Source: an uncultured Bacteroidota bacterium (GTDB lineage: Bacteria > Bacteroidota > Bacteroidia > Bacteroidales > VadinHA17). From it: a DNA stretch of 64,000 nt. The notes under the pieces were generated by a model. The model worked only from the letters and a program-made list of their open reading frames with translations. It did not search any database and was not told where the DNA came from. Numbering within the stretch: the first letter of the stretch is position 1; each line of letters opens with the position of its first letter. Made by a program: the position numbers and the translations under genes. Where the stretch lies: contig CALMJY010000172.1 in the NCBI GenBank assembly GCA_937864815.1, forward strand, positions 7,322 through 71,321, read 5' to 3'. Positions 62,691 to 64,000 of the stretch are shown piece by piece.

Positions 62691-63566
62691 TTATCGGAAT
62701 CTGAAATACAGGTCCGCTATTACAAATAGGGCAAAAATAATACTTCCAATTCCATTTGTTGTACCGAATGCCAGGTTGACCCGGCTCAGATCATTATGCT
62801 TAACAATCAGATGCTGGTATAGAAGCAAAGCTGAAAAGAGAGCAGCTCCGGTCCAGAATAATAATCCCGTATCTCCGGTTATTCCGGCTCCTGCAACAAG
62901 AATAAATGTTAATACATGCAATCCTGAGGAAACAAACAGAGCCTTTTGCCTGCCAATAAGTGAGGGAATAGAATAAAGGTTAGCCGACCTGTCAAAATCG
63001 TCATCCTGCAATGCATATATTATATCAAATCCGCTTGACCATGTAAGAACAATGAATGAGTAAATAAGAGGGAGAAAATCAAATCTGCCTGTTACAGAAA
63101 TATATGCGCCGATAGGAGCCAGGCTGAGTCCGATGCCCAGAACAAGGTGGCATAATGCAGTGATCCTCTTTGTAAGGCTGTAGCCCAGTATCACCAGAAG
63201 TGCAACAGGAGAAAGCCAGAAAGCAAGCCGGTTAATAAAAAAGGTTGTCAGAATGAATAAGCCTGCATTTATTATCACGAATAAAGATGCTGCTTTGGCC
63301 GAAATAATTCCGGAGGGTATTTCCCGGGTTTTTGTCCTGGGATTAAGTGCATCAAAATTTCTGTCAGCAAGGCGGTTAAAACCCATGGCTGCATTCCTTG
63401 CGAAGACCATACACAATATAATCAGAATAAGAAGTTTCAGGCTGAAGTGGAATTCACCTGCCGATATTCCAAGTGCAAATCCGATCATTGCAAATGGCAT
63501 TGCAAAGACGGTATGGCTGAACCTGACAAGAGAAAAGTACTTACCAAGCGGTTGTAGGAAATTCAT
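62691..63566 (-). CDS. UbiA-family aromatic prenyltransferase
   Basis: 291-aa polytopic ORF. NRLADRNFD and YALQDDDFD Asp-rich motifs. Confidence 0.85.
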   Translation of the reverse strand: MNFLQPLGKYFSLVRFSHTVFAMPFAMIGFALGISAGEFHFSLKLLILIILCMVFARNAAMGFNRLADRNFDALNPRTKTREIPSGIISAKAASLFVIINAGLFILTTFFINRLAFWLSPVALLVILGYSLTKRITALCHLVLGIGLSLAPIGAYISVTGRFDFLPLIYSFIVLTWSSGFDIIYALQDDDFDRSANLYSIPSLIGRQKALFVSSGLHVLTFILVAGAGITGDTGLLFWTGAALFSALLLYQHLIVKHNDLSRVNLAFGTTNGIGSIIFALFVIADLYFRFR

Positions 63567-63568
63567 AA

Positions 63569-64000
63569 TCAGTCGAGAAGCTTACTGTAAGTTTCAAAGT
63601 GCTCATCAGAAAAAGCAACAAATGTTACCTTCTCCGGATATTTGTTTTTCTGAAGAAACCGTTTTGTTTCATTTACAGCTATAAAGGCAGCAAGATCCTT
63701 TGGAAAACCGTATACACCTGTTGAAATTCCCGGGAAAGCAAGGGTTTTTATTTTATTGTCCCTGGCTATCTCAAGCGACGACTTATAACACGATGCCAGC
63801 ATTTCAGTCTCATCCCGGTGCCCTCCGTACCATATGGGGCCGACTGCATGGATAATATGCTTCGCTTTAAGCTGATAACCCCTGGTGATCTTTGCTTTTC
63901 CGGTTTCACATCCGTTAAGATTTCTGCATTCCTGAAGGAGATCAGGGCCGGCAGCTGCATGAATAGCGCCGTCAACTCCTCCACCTCCAAGCAGCCTGGT
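63569..64000 (-). CDS. Macro-domain protein (O-acetyl-ADP-ribose deacetylase-like), 5' end beyond the window
   Basis: My manual translation of the frame upstream of 63802 stays open to 64000. It reads ...LLGGGGVDGAIHAAAGPDLL...HAVGPIWYGG..., a classic macro domain. Confidence 0.85.
   Translation of the reverse strand, partial: TRLLGGGGVDGAIHAAAGPDLLQECRNLNGCETGKAKITRGYQLKAKHIIHAVGPIWYGGHRDETEMLASCYKSSLEIARDNKIKTLAFPGISTGVYGFPKDLAAFIAVNETKRFLQKNKYPEKVTFVAFSDEHFETYSKLLD

Noticed and set aside
63766-63990. A possible frameshift or split in the macro-domain gene, because two ORFs (63569-63802 and 63766-63990) are listed.
   Set aside because: My manual translation shows that the frame of 63569-63802 stays open upstream to the window edge and encodes a continuous macro domain (GGGGVDGAIHAAAGP ... 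HAVGPIWYGG). The 63766-63990 ORF is an alternative-frame artefact.
1-64000. Mobile genetic elements, prophage or defence islands.
   Set aside because: No transposase, integrase, recombinase, phage structural, restriction-modification or cas-like ORF was recognised. The AAA/DUF4143 ATPase and the NTase antitoxin are isolated genes.

Overview
This 64-kb window looks like chromosomal DNA from an anaerobic Bacteroidota-like organism. That assignment is an inference from TAnnTTTG promoter boxes, lipoprotein signals, sulfatase and GH29 genes, and DUF3078. I found no rRNA, tRNA, CRISPR array, transposase or integrase.

The window is densely coding and falls into four parts:
- 1-20 kb: a glycan and sulfated-sugar utilisation set. 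It holds DUF1080, a GH29 fucosidase, two Ser-type sulfatases, a ~1200-aa glycoside-hydrolase-like protein, glycerate kinase and a GntP permease.
- 20-29 kb: mixed regulatory and housekeeping genes.
- 29-48 kb: a large [FeFe]-hydrogenase island, the most interesting part. A NuoE/NuoF/HydA-type trimeric hydrogenase operon is flanked by two different HydS-like sensory hydrogenase paralogs. One is PAS-linked and sits next to a PP2C phosphatase. The other is fused to a histidine kinase. Downstream lie REC, REC-HK, Rex, an atypical RibF, HydG, a tandem TM1266-like protein and HydE. All three H-cluster proteins lack the first Cys of the canonical TSCCP motif.
- 48-64 kb: an ADP-forming acyl-CoA synthetase, aminotransferase and 2-oxoacid:ferredoxin oxidoreductase module, followed by housekeeping genes.

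A second unexplained layer lies in the intergenic DNA. It is full of GC-rich period-7 and period-8 tandem repeats that mostly start at stop codons. There are also at least two dispersed hairpin-element families. One of them supplies the last codons and the stop codon of gmk.
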